64,000 bases of DNA, taken from the NCBI GenBank assembly GCA_040905465.1, contig JBBDRK010000017.1:107729-171728 (forward strand), given 5' to 3'. Source of the stretch: Trueperaceae bacterium. GTDB lineage: Bacteria; Deinococcota; Deinococci; Deinococcales; Trueperaceae. The notes below the pieces were generated by a model. It was not told where the DNA came from. It worked only from the letters and a program-made list of their open reading frames with translations, and ran no database searches. The position numbers were made by a program, and so were the translations under genes. The first letter of the stretch is position 1. Each line of letters begins with the position of its first letter. Positions 20,211 through 30,579 of this stretch are shown piece by piece.

Positions 20211-21398
20211 TCATCGGCACGCTCTGCTGCCGCTGCCCGAATAAGTCAGCGAGTCGACCGGTGACCGAGTCGCGTCGGAGAGAAACGCGGTGTCCCCGCG
20301 ATTGTTCCAGACGGCCCGACCATCGTTCCGAATCTCGAGCGAGTCGCCGGCCGCCAGCGTGACCGGGGGAAGGGAGAAGCTGTGGTTTGCCTCGTCCTCT
20401 AGCAGCCAACCGGACACGTCCGTCGTCTCCAACGCTCGCAGGGTAACGACTTCGGTGCCGTCGTGATCGCTCCCTGCCGGATCGAAGAGGATGCACTCGA
20501 TGACGACCGTTCCCGAGACGTCCGCCTGCTCGTCGAGGGAGGTCGTCGTGGTCAGGGCAAGCAGGTGGGTCAGCGGGACCGGATCGCCTCTGTCGGCCTC
20601 CACCCGATACGAGCCGCCGGCCTCCTCGACATGCACCAGCACCGAACCCTGCAGGTCGGTCCGGAACACTCGCGCTGCTACAGACTGGTAGAGGAGTGAA
20701 GCCTCCTCGGCAGGATGTCCGTAGCCGTTGTCGGCGCCAACGGAGATGATGACGGCCTCAGGCCGGAATGCGCCGACGCTCGAGCGCGTGTCACCGTTGC
20801 GGCTGCCATGATGGCTGGCCTTGTAGACCGCTACCGGCGCCATCAGTTGCGGGGAGTGCCGGGCCCACCACTCGAACTGCGCTGGCGTCGCGTCCCCCGT
20901 GAGCGCGGCCCGGAAAACGCCGTACTCGATGATGAGGCCGATGCTGTTGTCGTTTTGCCCGAGTGCCGGATCGCCCGGCGGCGGGAGCACCTGCAGCGTT
21001 ACGTCGCCCATGGCGATCGTCCTGCCGCTTGCTTCCAGATAGAGAGTGCCGGCAGCTGCGACCGCTGCGAGCAGGCGCCGATAGGTAGCCGTCGTGTGGG
21101 GTATGCCGTTGTCCATGAAGTAGCGTGGCCGGTAAGCCTCGATCACGTCGATGAGGCCGCCGATGTGGTCGGCGTCCGCGTGCGAGGCTATCACCAGATC
21201 GAGCGACTCCACGGCCGCGCTTCTGAGGTAGGCGAGCACCCTGCCAGCCGAGCGGCCTCCGTCGTAGAGGGTGTTCTGGCCGCTCGAGCTGCGGATGAGC
21301 ACGGCGTCACCCTGGCCGACGTCGATGAAGTGCAGTTCCAGGGCGTAAGCGGCGGCAAGCGACAGTACCAGCAGCAAGGCAGTGAGAACTCGCTTCAA
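20211..21398 (-). CDS. Secreted ComEC-like MBL-fold metallo-hydrolase/nuclease with lamin-tail domain
   Basis: Signal peptide from TTG 21398; HFIDVGQGDA, SHADADHIGG, NDNS, LTGD, HHGS, YGHP, RTD; LTD tail AVWNNRGDTAFL. Confidence 0.88.
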   Translation of the reverse strand: MKRVLTALLLVLSLAAAYALELHFIDVGQGDAVLIRSSSGQNTLYDGGRSAGRVLAYLRSAAVESLDLVIASHADADHIGGLIDVIEAYRPRYFMDNGIPHTTATYRRLLAAVAAAGTLYLEASGRTIAMGDVTLQVLPPPGDPALGQNDNSIGLIIEYGVFRAALTGDATPAQFEWWARHSPQLMAPVAVYKASHHGSRNGDTRSSVGAFRPEAVIISVGADNGYGHPAEEASLLYQSVAARVFRTDLQGSVLVHVEEAGGSYRVEADRGDPVPLTHLLALTTTTSLDEQADVSGTVVIECILFDPAGSDHDGTEVVTLRALETTDVSGWLLEDEANHSFSLPPVTLAAGDSLEIRNDGRAVWNNRGDTAFLSDATRSPVDSLTYSGSGSRACR

Positions 21399-21682
21399 AG
21401 CTCGATGTCTCCCTCGGGGCCGCGTGGCAGGTTCTCGCGAATCTCCTCGACCTGCTTGCGTCGGCGATCCGTTTCGGCCTCGTCGACCACCAGCCGAAGA
21501 TGACTCGCCTTGGTATCCTCGGGCGGACCGTCCCGGGCACTTCTCTCGATTCGCAGCACACTCCCCTCGCGAGAGGCGGTCGGCAGCCAAGAGCGCGGCA
21601 CCCGTGCGGATGCGCCGTCGTCGTTCTCGAGCACGGCCCAACCGCCGACTTCGAAGCGATCTACTACCCAGAAAGCGCCCAT
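21395..21682 (-). CDS. DUF3006 domain protein
   Basis: VVDRFE..WAVLE, LP...REGSVL, DEAET; typical neighbour of ComEC-like MBL genes. Confidence 0.85.
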   Translation of the reverse strand: MGAFWVVDRFEVGGWAVLENDDGASARVPRSWLPTASREGSVLRIERSARDGPPEDTKASHLRLVVDEAETDRRRKQVEEIRENLPRGPEGDIEL

Positions 21683-22025
21683 TCAGGTCGCTCTCTTCTT
21701 GAGATCGATAACTGCGTGTTCCACGATCGGTACTCTGCTTTCCGGGGTAACGCGGCCGCCGGAAGTGTGGAGTGTCGGCCCTTTCGGTTCGAGCGTAGGT
21801 AATTGCTGCTCCAACATTGGTTATCGCCAACATACCAGAGTTCTCTTGCGGGATTTAACTTTCGTTTGAGCCAGAACGTGACCCCGCTACCTGAGTGCCC
21901 GGCGCGGTTCCTGGCGTAGCGCTCCGAGTCGCGAGCATGACCGCGAGGTTCGTGTAATATGTGTGGCGATTCAACTCAATCAGTAGGGCCAGCCGAGGCG
22001 CTGGAGTCAGGACGCATAGGTCGAG

Positions 22026-22850
22026 ATGAGGAAGCTATCGAGTTTGCTCGCAGCCGCTTTGGTGCTGGTCGCGATATTGGCGGCCTGCTCGGGTGACGGC
22101 AGTCAGGGTGGCGAACAGTCCGCTGGTGAAGCGATCTTCGTCAGTCTCCCGGCCGCAGACGCTGTCGGCAAGTTCGACGCCGAAACGGGCGAGGTCCTGC
22201 GGCAGGCAACCGTGGGAATGCTGCCTCACAACCTCCTGCTGAGCAAGGATGGAAGCAAACTCTACGCGGCGCTCGTCGGGTCGCAGGCGATCGCTGAACT
22301 CGACGTCGCCAGCGGCGACCTGCTACGGACGTTCCTCACCGAGCCCGTGCCGGAGCGGGATGAAGATGACACCGTCATCCAGGCGCATATAGACCAGGAC
22401 GCCTTTTCGAAGACGAGCTGTTTCGCCTGCCATGACGGTTCCGGGACCGCACAGCCAGCCGTCGTGGGTACGCGTCCCATCGGGCTGGTCTTGTCGGCAG
22501 AGGGCGAAACCTTGTACGTCGCCAACATCCGCAGCGCCAACCTTTCGGTGATAGACCTCTCGACCGGCAAGCTGGACCGGCTGCTTCACCTCGAACCGAA
22601 CGGAGTGGCACACGAGCCGACGGCGCTGGCGCTGTTGGGAGACCAGCTGTTCGTATCGCTCCTGCCTACGCTGCCCACGCTCGAACCCCATCCACCGGCG
22701 GTGGTCCGGCGGCTCGACCTCGACACTTTCACTCCTCTTTCCGACACCTCTACCGGTCGCAATGCAGCAATACTGCTGGCCGACGATTCGCGCGGTCGGG
22801 TCTATGTCAGCAACGTGGAGACCGACACTTTGAGTCTGTTCGATGCCGAC
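22026..22850 (+). CDS. YVTN/YncE-type beta-propeller lipoprotein with CxxCH motif, apparently 3'-truncated and fused to the next gene
   Basis: Lipobox LAAC; repeats VGMLPH..LSKDGSKLY, VGTRPIGL.LSAEGETLYVAN; SCFACH. Confidence 0.7.
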
Positions 22851-22852
22851 GC

Positions 22853-24769
22853 TTGCGTGTTCTCGGTTCTTCTCGTGGCGGCCGTGCTGGTCGCCTGCTC
22901 TTCCGGCGGGCCCCCAGCGGACGGCGGCTCCTCCGGGGGGACTGGTTCGATAAACGGCCTGGTGACCGACTCGAGCACCGGCTCGCGGCTAAGTGGCGTG
23001 GCTGTCACGGTGGCAGGCAAGTCGGCCACTACCAACTCCGCAGGCGAATTCACGGTGACCAATCTGGCCGCCGGCGAAGCGAAACTGAGCTTTGCGAAGG
23101 ACGGCTATGCGCCCGGTTACGACAACGCGGTGATAAGCGACGGACCGACGCCGGTTCTCGTCACTCTGAAGAAGCAAGGCGACTTGCAGGCCTACGACTG
23201 AGCGGCTCCGCTACCATCTATCAGTCGACCGAGGCAGGGCCTTATGCGGTGATCTTCGAGGCAAACAGCTTCGACAGCTCCGACACCAACCTCACCGTTT
23301 CGGTAACGCCCCTGGACCCGACCAAGGAATCCTCCGCGCTGCCTGGGCAACTCGTAACCGACGACGCCTTGCTCACCCCTCTGACCTTTGCCGAGTTCAG
23401 CATCTTCGACAGCAACGGCGTGCGCGTCAACCTCAAGAGCGGCGCCTCGGCCGTGGTCGAACTGCCTATCCCGCCGGAGCTGCGCGCCCTGCCCCAGTAC
23501 CAGGATGGAAGCGTCATCCACTGCTACTCGTTCAACCCCGAGACCGGCCAATGGGAAGACTTCGTCGTCGGCATCATTACCACCTCGAGTGTCGATGGCA
23601 CCACGCCGGTGGTTCGCGCCAGCATCAAGCACTTCTCCTGGTATGGAGCCGCGCCCGAAAGCAACGATTGCGCGGATGTCTATGGGCAGGTCGTCAGTGC
23701 CGTCGACGCCAGCCCCCTTCCGTACGCCCGCGTCGAAGCTTTCCCGGGAGGGGAGACCATCGCGGATGCCAACGGCAATTTCGTATTGATAGCCCCACGG
23801 GCGGGCCCGAACGAGTTCGTAGCTACTCGAACGTATACCGACTCGGACGGTTCGGTCAGCGGCATGCCCGGGGCGAAGGCGATCGAGTTCGGCAAGATCA
23901 AGGACGCGCCGCTCACGGGTCTGGTCTCCAAACCGTGCAACGGTAGCTCCGGCCAGAGTATTGCTTCGATTGGAGAGCCATCCGACCGCCTGGTCATCGC
24001 CATCGGCAACATCGGAACGCTCACCTACCATGTGGACGCCTACAGTTTCGCCGAAGCAACGAGCTCGGAAGCTTTGCGGGCCGCCGGGCTCGCCGTGCCG
24101 CAAGGCCTCGACCGGTTCCGGCCACTGGCAGCCGGCACCGTATACGCCTTCCTGTCGGAGTTTCTTCCGGACGGCGCCAGCGGCGACGGCCTGGAAGGTG
24201 CGGCCGTCACGCTGGCCGGTCCTGGCGGCAACGTTACCCTCGTCGACTCCGGCGGTGGAACCTACTACGCCAACACTGACATAACCGCCGGCAGCAGTTA
24301 CACCTTGTCGATCGACGCGGAGGGAAACGGTTCGGTGGATGGCACGGGCTCGGTCTTCGCCGTGGGCGACGTGAGTTGGGTGAACCCGACTGAGGGTGAG
24401 ACACTGCCTTCGGATGGCTTCGTCGCCGAATGGTCGGACACCGGCGCACAGTCCAACGACGCTTATTCGGCCCTTTACTTCGCATGGCTAAACAACGACG
24501 CAAGCGACCCGAATCTGTACGACGGCGATCTCTACATCGGTACCCGCAGGCAGTTCACCCCGCGTAGCTCGCATGGCGAGGGCACCGACCAGCCACTCAA
24601 GCCAGGGCACTACCTAGGTTTGCTCTGGGGCTTCAGCGGCCCGTATTCGCCTGACTTCGGCGACGCCGATTACACGGCGACGAACAACATTACCGGCGTG
24701 ACAGTGAACGGCAGCTTCTACAGCTACAGCTTCTCGTCGGATACGACGATAGAGTTCGACCTTCAGTAG
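22853..24769 (+). pseudogene. Carboxypeptidase-regulatory-like/Ig-domain lipoprotein, frameshifted at ~23199 and lacking its start
   Basis: Second lipobox VLLVAAVLVAC, GSINGLVTDSSTG..LSGVAVTV, TTNSAGEF. Adding one base at GAC-TGA joins it to the frame SGSATIYQ...IKHFSWY. Confidence 0.65.
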
Positions 24770-24776
24770 GGGTCTC

Positions 24777-24807
24777 GGTGAACGCCCTGCTGACCAGGGC
24801 GTTCACC
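24777..24807. terminator. Stem-loop terminator between convergent genes
   Basis: GGTGAACGCCCTG-ctgac-CAGGGCGTTCACC perfect 13-bp stem. Confidence 0.7.
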
Positions 24808-24935
24808 CTCCTATAAGGGTTGCAAGCCGCTTATGAGATCGCTTCGCTGTCGGCGCCGAGCCACGCCGGTCTGCGCTCACGAGCGCACCTGGCCGAAGGT
24901 ACGGCGCAGACATAAGCGATCGGCCCCGTTCCGCT

Positions 24936-25388
24936 TCAGCCCTCTTGACTTCCGAACTGGACGTTACCGGTGTAGTTCACCATCCACTGCACGCCGAACT
25001 TGTCGGTACACGCGCCGTACTTCTCCGCCCAGTCGGTCTTTGAGAGCCCCATCTCGACCTTCGTCGGCGCAGAGGGCGTCGAAGAGCTGTTCGCTTCCTG
25101 GGCGGAATCGGTCTCCAGGTAGATGTACGAGTTGTTGCCGACGTTCAGCTTCTGACCCATCGATTCGAGGGCGTCGGTCGCCATCAGAATGCTGCCGTCA
25201 CCGATTCGCAGCCCCACGTGCATGATCTTGTCCCGATCAGCTTCGGGCAGCTTGTCGGTGCTCAGCATGTCGCCGACGTCCCTGAACCTGATCAGGTTCA
25301 GAAAGTCACCGCCGAAGACGGACCTGTAGAAGTCGAAGGCTTCCTCGGTGTTTCCGTTGAAGTTGAGGTAGTGGTGAGCTGTCGCCAT
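24936..25388 (-). CDS. VOC/PhnB family protein (paralog 1; local compensating frameshifts)
   Basis: YLNFNGNTEEAFDFY..VFGG, IMH, CTDKFGVQWMVN. Confidence 0.9.
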   Translation of the reverse strand: MATAHHYLNFNGNTEEAFDFYRSVFGGDFLNLIRFRDVGDMLSTDKLPEADRDKIMHVGLRIGDGSILMATDALESMGQKLNVGNNSYIYLETDSAQEANSSSTPSAPTKVEMGLSKTDWAEKYGACTDKFGVQWMVNYTGNVQFGSQEG

Positions 25389-25404
25389 GAACGTCTCCCT
25401 TCGG

Positions 25405-25432
25405 CCGCCTGAACCGGGGCCGGTTCAGGCGG
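25405..25432 (-). other. Stem-loop between the tandem VOC genes
   Basis: CCGCCTGAACCGG-gg-CCGGTTCAGGCGG, just upstream of the SD of 25388. Confidence 0.5.
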
Positions 25433-25526
25433 AAAGTCTACGCAGGTGTTGCTGCCTAACCTGGGCCGCCGCGATCGACAGCCGACGACCTGGCCGCCGA
25501 CTTGCGATGGCCGTGACCGGGACCGC

Positions 25527-25970
25527 TCACCGTCCGGGCGAGTACTGCACGCTTCCGGTGTAGTTCACCATCCAGTGGATCCCGAACCTGTCGGTACACA
25601 TTCCGTGCTTTTCCGCCCATTGGGTCGACTGAAGCGACATTTCGACCTGGCCGCCTGCAGCCAGACTGTCGAAGAACCTCTCTGCCTCTTCTGTGCTATC
25701 GGGCTCGATTATCACGTAGACGTTGTTCCCGACTGTCAACGGTGTCGGTCCTATGGTGTCGGAAGCCATGAGGATCTTGTCGTTGTCGTCGCCCAGCGGC
25801 AGTGCGATGTTGGCGACCTTGTTGCGGTCACTTTCCGCGACCGGCATCGAGTCGCCGAAGTCTCCGTAGCGTACGACGCCCATGATCTCGCCGCCGAACA
25901 CGGATTTGTAGAAGTCGAAGGCTTCTTCGGTATTGCCGTCGAACATCAGGTAAGGCATCGCCATCTTCAT
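25527..25970 (-). CDS. VOC/PhnB family protein (paralog 2)
   Basis: PYLMFDGNTEEAFDFY..VFGG, CTDRFGIHWMVN; GAGGAG SD. Confidence 0.9.
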   Translation of the reverse strand: MKMAMPYLMFDGNTEEAFDFYKSVFGGEIMGVVRYGDFGDSMPVAESDRNKVANIALPLGDDNDKILMASDTIGPTPLTVGNNVYVIIEPDSTEEAERFFDSLAAGGQVEMSLQSTQWAEKHGMCTDRFGIHWMVNYTGSVQYSPGR

Positions 25971-26156
25971 ATGATCTCCTCGTCTTCACTGAAATTCCGG
26001 CTCACGCTAAACGCGCGAGTTCAATAACTGTATATGCACCTACTGTCGTGGTCAAGACCGATCCGGCAAAGGGAGCGCAGCTGTTGCGGCCGAAGTCGGC
26101 GTGTCCCAGCGATAGTGTCTCACCGGCGCCTACCCGGTGGCAGGTGTGAGGGGCTC

Positions 26157-27611
26157 TTACTTGCTGCCGTGCCGAATCTCCGGCGCTTCTCCCGGCACCG
26201 GCGAGTTGTCGAACGTACCCCTTGCCAGGACGGCTTCTCTCCCCCCGAAAGCGTCGACTTTGGCGCGCTGGTCAGCCTTTGCTATAGCGTCGGTACTTTC
26301 CGGATCCAGCATGGCGCGGAGCTTGCCTTCGAAACGCTCGAGCAGCGCCTGATAGTTAGGTAAGGTCGACAGGTCCTCGATTTCATGTGGGTCTCGCTCG
26401 AGGTCGAAGAGTTGAGGCGGTTCATGCACATAGTGGACGTACTTGTAGCGGCTGTCGCACAGCATGAACACCGCGTTCCTCGAACCGACGGCGTGGTATT
26501 GGCTGAGAACGGTGCGTTCCCAGTCCTCCTCCCGGGAAATTCTCCACAGCGAACGGCCCGGGAGATCGTCATCCTCATCTCCCGGTAATAATCCCACGGC
26601 CTCGAGGACTGTGGGAAAGCAGTCGACGAGGGAGACGGGCGTGTCGACGACTCTGCATGCTGGCACGTCTGGTCCGCTAAGAATCAGCGGTATGGCCGCT
26701 GATTCCTCGTACATCGTGAACTTCCCGAAAAGGCCGCGCGCGCCAAGGCACTCGCCGTGATCGGACGTGTAGACGATACGAGTGCTTGCTCTCAACCCGT
26801 TCCGATCGAGGGCGGCGAGGACCTCGCCGACCTGCTTGTCAAGGTAGGTGCACAGAGCGTAATAGGCGGCACTGAGTCTCCGGATTTCCGTCTCATCGAA
26901 AGGCTCATCGAAGCTGCGGAACTGCCGCGCGTACCTCTGTGCGGGATGATCGGGCCAGTCTTCGGGTCGCCACTGTACGGGGAGACCGATCCGTTCCGGC
27001 GGATATAGGTCGTAGAGATCTTCGGGCGCGATGTAGGGAGGGTGCGGACAAGCGTACGAGAGGAACAGCACCCATGGGGCCTCGACGCTGGCTCGTTCGT
27101 CCAGCCAGCGGCACGCCTGCGCGGTGTTGCCGGCATCGTAACGAAGGTAGGACGAGTCGCCCGGTCCGGCGCCGATGATTCCTGACCGCTTGTTCCGCAT
27201 CGGCGGTTCGCTGCGTATTGAGCCGGCCAGATCGCCGATTCCCTCGACCACATGAAGGGGATCGATCTCGCGAGTGAAGCCGTTGTCGTCGTCACTGCTC
27301 CGAAAATGCAGCTTACCGATGGAATCTACCGTGAACCCTTGCTCCTTTAGGCGATGTCCCCAGCTCGGTACGCTGCCGTCATACGGGAACGCGTTGTCCC
27401 AGTTGCCGAGCTGATGCAAATGCCGGCCGGTGGCCAACGATGCTCGAGCGGGAACGCAGATGGGGCAGTTGGTATAGGCGCGGGCAAAGCGAGTGCCGTC
27501 GTGCGCCAGGCCGTCGAGGTTGGGCGTCTGCACCAACGGATTCCCGTAGCAACCCAGTACATCGCGTCTGTGTTGATCGGAGAGGATGAACAGCAGATTC
27601 GCAGGCTTCAT
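26157..27611 (-). CDS. Sulfatase (S1, choline-sulfatase-like)
   Basis: ILSDQH, CVPARASLATG (CxPxR), GKLH, SDHG, MYEES, QLFDL..DP.E. Confidence 0.93.
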   Translation of the reverse strand: MKPANLLFILSDQHRRDVLGCYGNPLVQTPNLDGLAHDGTRFARAYTNCPICVPARASLATGRHLHQLGNWDNAFPYDGSVPSWGHRLKEQGFTVDSIGKLHFRSSDDDNGFTREIDPLHVVEGIGDLAGSIRSEPPMRNKRSGIIGAGPGDSSYLRYDAGNTAQACRWLDERASVEAPWVLFLSYACPHPPYIAPEDLYDLYPPERIGLPVQWRPEDWPDHPAQRYARQFRSFDEPFDETEIRRLSAAYYALCTYLDKQVGEVLAALDRNGLRASTRIVYTSDHGECLGARGLFGKFTMYEESAAIPLILSGPDVPACRVVDTPVSLVDCFPTVLEAVGLLPGDEDDDLPGRSLWRISREEDWERTVLSQYHAVGSRNAVFMLCDSRYKYVHYVHEPPQLFDLERDPHEIEDLSTLPNYQALLERFEGKLRAMLDPESTDAIAKADQRAKVDAFGGREAVLARGTFDNSPVPGEAPEIRHGSK

Positions 27612-29077
27612 CGTCGATCCTTGGAGTCCGGCTTCACCTGTGGCCGTGGCCAGTGCACACCCCTTTGGGAGCTCAGTCCCCGGTCGGAAAATTCCACGAA
27701 TTCAGGGGCGGGAACCCCGGCCAAGCTACCGTCGTGCAGCCACTCCCCATCGCTGCCGTAGAGCTCCCCTATCAGCCGTTGCTTCAGCCGCGCGAGAACC
27801 TCGCCGTAGTCAGTCGAGACAGCGAGGTCCTGCAGCTCCTGCGGATCCTCCCGCAGGTCGAATAGCTGGCATTGATTTCCCGCCGGATAGTAGATGAGCT
27901 TGTGCCGTCCGTCATGAACCATTCGCGTGGCGGCTGCACCTTCGCCGAACTCGCCATACAGGTAGTCGCGTCGTCTGTTGCCAACCATCGAAAGGCCCTC
28001 GACGCTGCTCGGCGTATCGAGTCCGGCGAGGTCCAGCAGCGTGGGCATCACGTCCTGCAGGCAGACCAGCCTATCGTCGGTCGAACCCGGCCGTACCCGG
28101 GCGCTACCTCCGGTATCGAGAAGAATCATGGGGACGCGCGCCGCGCTTTCGTAAAAGAGCCTCTTCACCCATAGTCCGTGGTTGCCGCGCATTTCGCCGT
28201 GGTCCGAGGTGAAGAGAATGATGGTCTGGTCCAGCAAGCCCTCCTCACGAAGCGTTCCGATTACCACCCGCAGTTGATGGTCTATGTGCGTGCACAAAGC
28301 GTAGAAGGCCCGGCGGGCCAGCCGGGCCTGGAGCGGCCCCATCTGAAGCCAGCGCGAACGATTGGCTCGAACCGGGTGCGGAAGAGCTGCCGAGTTCTCG
28401 GCCCAGGAACCTGCAAACGGCTCATCCGGCTCCAGTTCGCGATAGATGTCCAGATAGCTCGCAAGCGGTGCGAGAGGCGGGTGTGGATGGGTATATGACA
28501 GGTACCAGAATGCCGGCCGGCTTGGGTCTCGTCGTCGAATGGTGCGAGCCATGCCTTGAGTGATCCAGTTCGTTACGTGAAGCTGCTCGTCGAGATGCCA
28601 CGGCCTGGAGACGAAATCGTTGTTGCCCATGCCGTGGGAGAACTGTTGTCCCGGGTGCCCGCGGTCGCCGAGGTGCAACTCGTAGTCGTCCTCGCTGCCA
28701 TGCTGGGTACGGCCCTCCTCGGCGAGCAGGACATCATCGAAGCCGATACGATCGCGCGCCGGGTAGACGTGCAGCTTGCCCACGCCGTACGCCTGATAGC
28801 CGGCGTCGCGGAACGTCTGGGCCAAGCTGGGTACGTCCGGCATGGGTCGCGTTTCATCGAAGACACGATCGCCGTGGGTCCGCGGCGAAGTTCCTGTCAT
28901 GAGGCTGCGCCGCGCCGGGATGCACACCGGACACTCGCTGTAGGCCCTGGTGAAGCTGACTCCGTCGCGCGCAAGGGCGTCCAGTGTCGGAGTCTGGATT
29001 ACCGGATGGCCGGCACTGCCCAGCAGCTCGCCGCTCCAATGGTCGGTGGTTATGAGTAGGACGTTAGGGTCAGGCAT
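27608..29077 (-). CDS. Sulfatase (S1)
   Basis: ITTDH, CIPARRSLMTG, GKLH, HPHPP, SDHG. Confidence 0.93.
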   Translation of the reverse strand: MPDPNVLLITTDHWSGELLGSAGHPVIQTPTLDALARDGVSFTRAYSECPVCIPARRSLMTGTSPRTHGDRVFDETRPMPDVPSLAQTFRDAGYQAYGVGKLHVYPARDRIGFDDVLLAEEGRTQHGSEDDYELHLGDRGHPGQQFSHGMGNNDFVSRPWHLDEQLHVTNWITQGMARTIRRRDPSRPAFWYLSYTHPHPPLAPLASYLDIYRELEPDEPFAGSWAENSAALPHPVRANRSRWLQMGPLQARLARRAFYALCTHIDHQLRVVIGTLREEGLLDQTIILFTSDHGEMRGNHGLWVKRLFYESAARVPMILLDTGGSARVRPGSTDDRLVCLQDVMPTLLDLAGLDTPSSVEGLSMVGNRRRDYLYGEFGEGAAATRMVHDGRHKLIYYPAGNQCQLFDLREDPQELQDLAVSTDYGEVLARLKQRLIGELYGSDGEWLHDGSLAGVPAPEFVEFSDRGLSSQRGVHWPRPQVKPDSKDRR

Positions 29078-29086
29078 GGATCTCTC

Positions 29087-30517
29087 CTATCGCCACTCAC
29101 TGCTCCAGTCGGCCGTACGGTAGTTGCTTCGGATCAACCACTCTCGCAGCACATCGAGCAGCTTCTGCTTCTGAGCGGCAGCGTCGGGATCGTCCCAGAG
29201 GTTTTGAACCTCCTCGGGGTCGACGTCGAGCCGGAACAACTGCCCTTCCGGTTCGTCGAGGAAGTGAACCAACTTCCAGTCCTTCGATCGCACCATGGTC
29301 ATGAACTCGGTGGCTTGCAGAATGTTGTCTTGACTGTGCTCTGCGAATACGTACTCACGCTTGCCTGGTTCGCGTCCTTCGAGCATGGGAAGCAGCGAAA
29401 CCGCTTCCATGCTCGTCGGCACCTCGACTCCGGCCAGTTCCAGCAATGTCGGGCCGAGATCCATCTGTTGCACGAGATCGTCCAGCTGTATGCCGCCTGT
29501 GAACCGGCGCGGATCCCAGACGATCGTGGGTGCTCGCGTGATGATGTCGTACATGGTCCACTTCTGAATATGCCCGTGATCTCCCAGGCAGTCGCCGTGA
29601 TCGGAGGTGAAGACGACTACGCTGTTCTCCAGATAACCGAGAGAATCGAGTTTCTGCAGGATCTCCCCGACCTTTTCGTCGATCATGGTCACGTTGGCCA
29701 GATAGTAGGCGCGGAGCCGGTGAAGCTGTTCAGGGCTGGGGTCGAGGTCATGGACCACTGAATCGTGGTCGACTTCGGTGTTGTGTTCGCGAAGTGCGTG
29801 AAAGGGTGGCGGTTGAGAAGCCAACTCCTCGTCGCTCACGCCCTGAATCGGCAGGTCCTTGGCGAGATACGGCTCGGCATAGCGTGCCGGCGGATCGTAA
29901 GGGGGATGTGGACCGGGGAAGCCGATCTGCAGGAAGAGCGGCTCGGTCTTGGGATGCCGGTCCAACCACCAGGTGGCCATGTCTCCCACGAACATGTCGG
30001 GGTGCATATCCTCCGGCAACTCCCACTCAACCGCTCCCATGCGCTCGCGATAGTCTGCCAGTTCCCGGTACCGAAGCCTGCCCGGTTTCGGCAGACCCCG
30101 CGCATGCAACGCCTTGTCCCATTCGTCGAAGTAGTACCTTCCCTCAAGGTGCCTGTCCTTGTTCTCGACGACGTATCTTTCATGAAAGCCCAGCGGGGTC
30201 TCGAAAGGAAACGTGTGCATCTTGCCGATATTGACGCAGTGGTAGCCGCTGTCGGCGAGAAGTTCGACCCATGAGCGCCGCCACTTATCGGCATTCTTGT
30301 AAATGCCCGTAGTGTGCGGGTACTGACCGGTAAACAGTGAGGCGCGAGACGGCGCGCACGACGGCGCCGCCACGTGGCAGTTGTTGAGGGTGACGCCTTC
30401 GTTCACCAGTCGATCGAGGTTGGGTGTGGTCATGAAGGGGAAACCCAGCGCATTTATGGTGTCGAACCGCTGCTGGTCGGTCATTATCAGGATGATGTTG
30501 GGCCGGGACTCGGACAT
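29087..30517 (-). CDS. Sulfatase (S1)
   Basis: RPNIILIMTDQQR, CAPSRASLFTG, GKMH, PHPP, SDHG. Confidence 0.93.
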   Translation of the reverse strand: MSESRPNIILIMTDQQRFDTINALGFPFMTTPNLDRLVNEGVTLNNCHVAAPSCAPSRASLFTGQYPHTTGIYKNADKWRRSWVELLADSGYHCVNIGKMHTFPFETPLGFHERYVVENKDRHLEGRYYFDEWDKALHARGLPKPGRLRYRELADYRERMGAVEWELPEDMHPDMFVGDMATWWLDRHPKTEPLFLQIGFPGPHPPYDPPARYAEPYLAKDLPIQGVSDEELASQPPPFHALREHNTEVDHDSVVHDLDPSPEQLHRLRAYYLANVTMIDEKVGEILQKLDSLGYLENSVVVFTSDHGDCLGDHGHIQKWTMYDIITRAPTIVWDPRRFTGGIQLDDLVQQMDLGPTLLELAGVEVPTSMEAVSLLPMLEGREPGKREYVFAEHSQDNILQATEFMTMVRSKDWKLVHFLDEPEGQLFRLDVDPEEVQNLWDDPDAAAQKQKLLDVLREWLIRSNYRTADWSSEWR

Positions 30518-30579
30518 GAACTCAGATCCTTCCTAGAGGTGTGTAGGCTTGATGCCGCTGCCCTTCGGTCGGCATTCGG

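Noticed and set aside
20211-21833. Full ComEC competence channel or 540-aa ORF
   Set aside because: No membrane competence domain; the extension overlaps DUF3006 and the likely start is TTG 21398.
26157-27611. Naming this gene betC
   Set aside because: Family resemblance only; no bet genes, and the context is a sugar importer.
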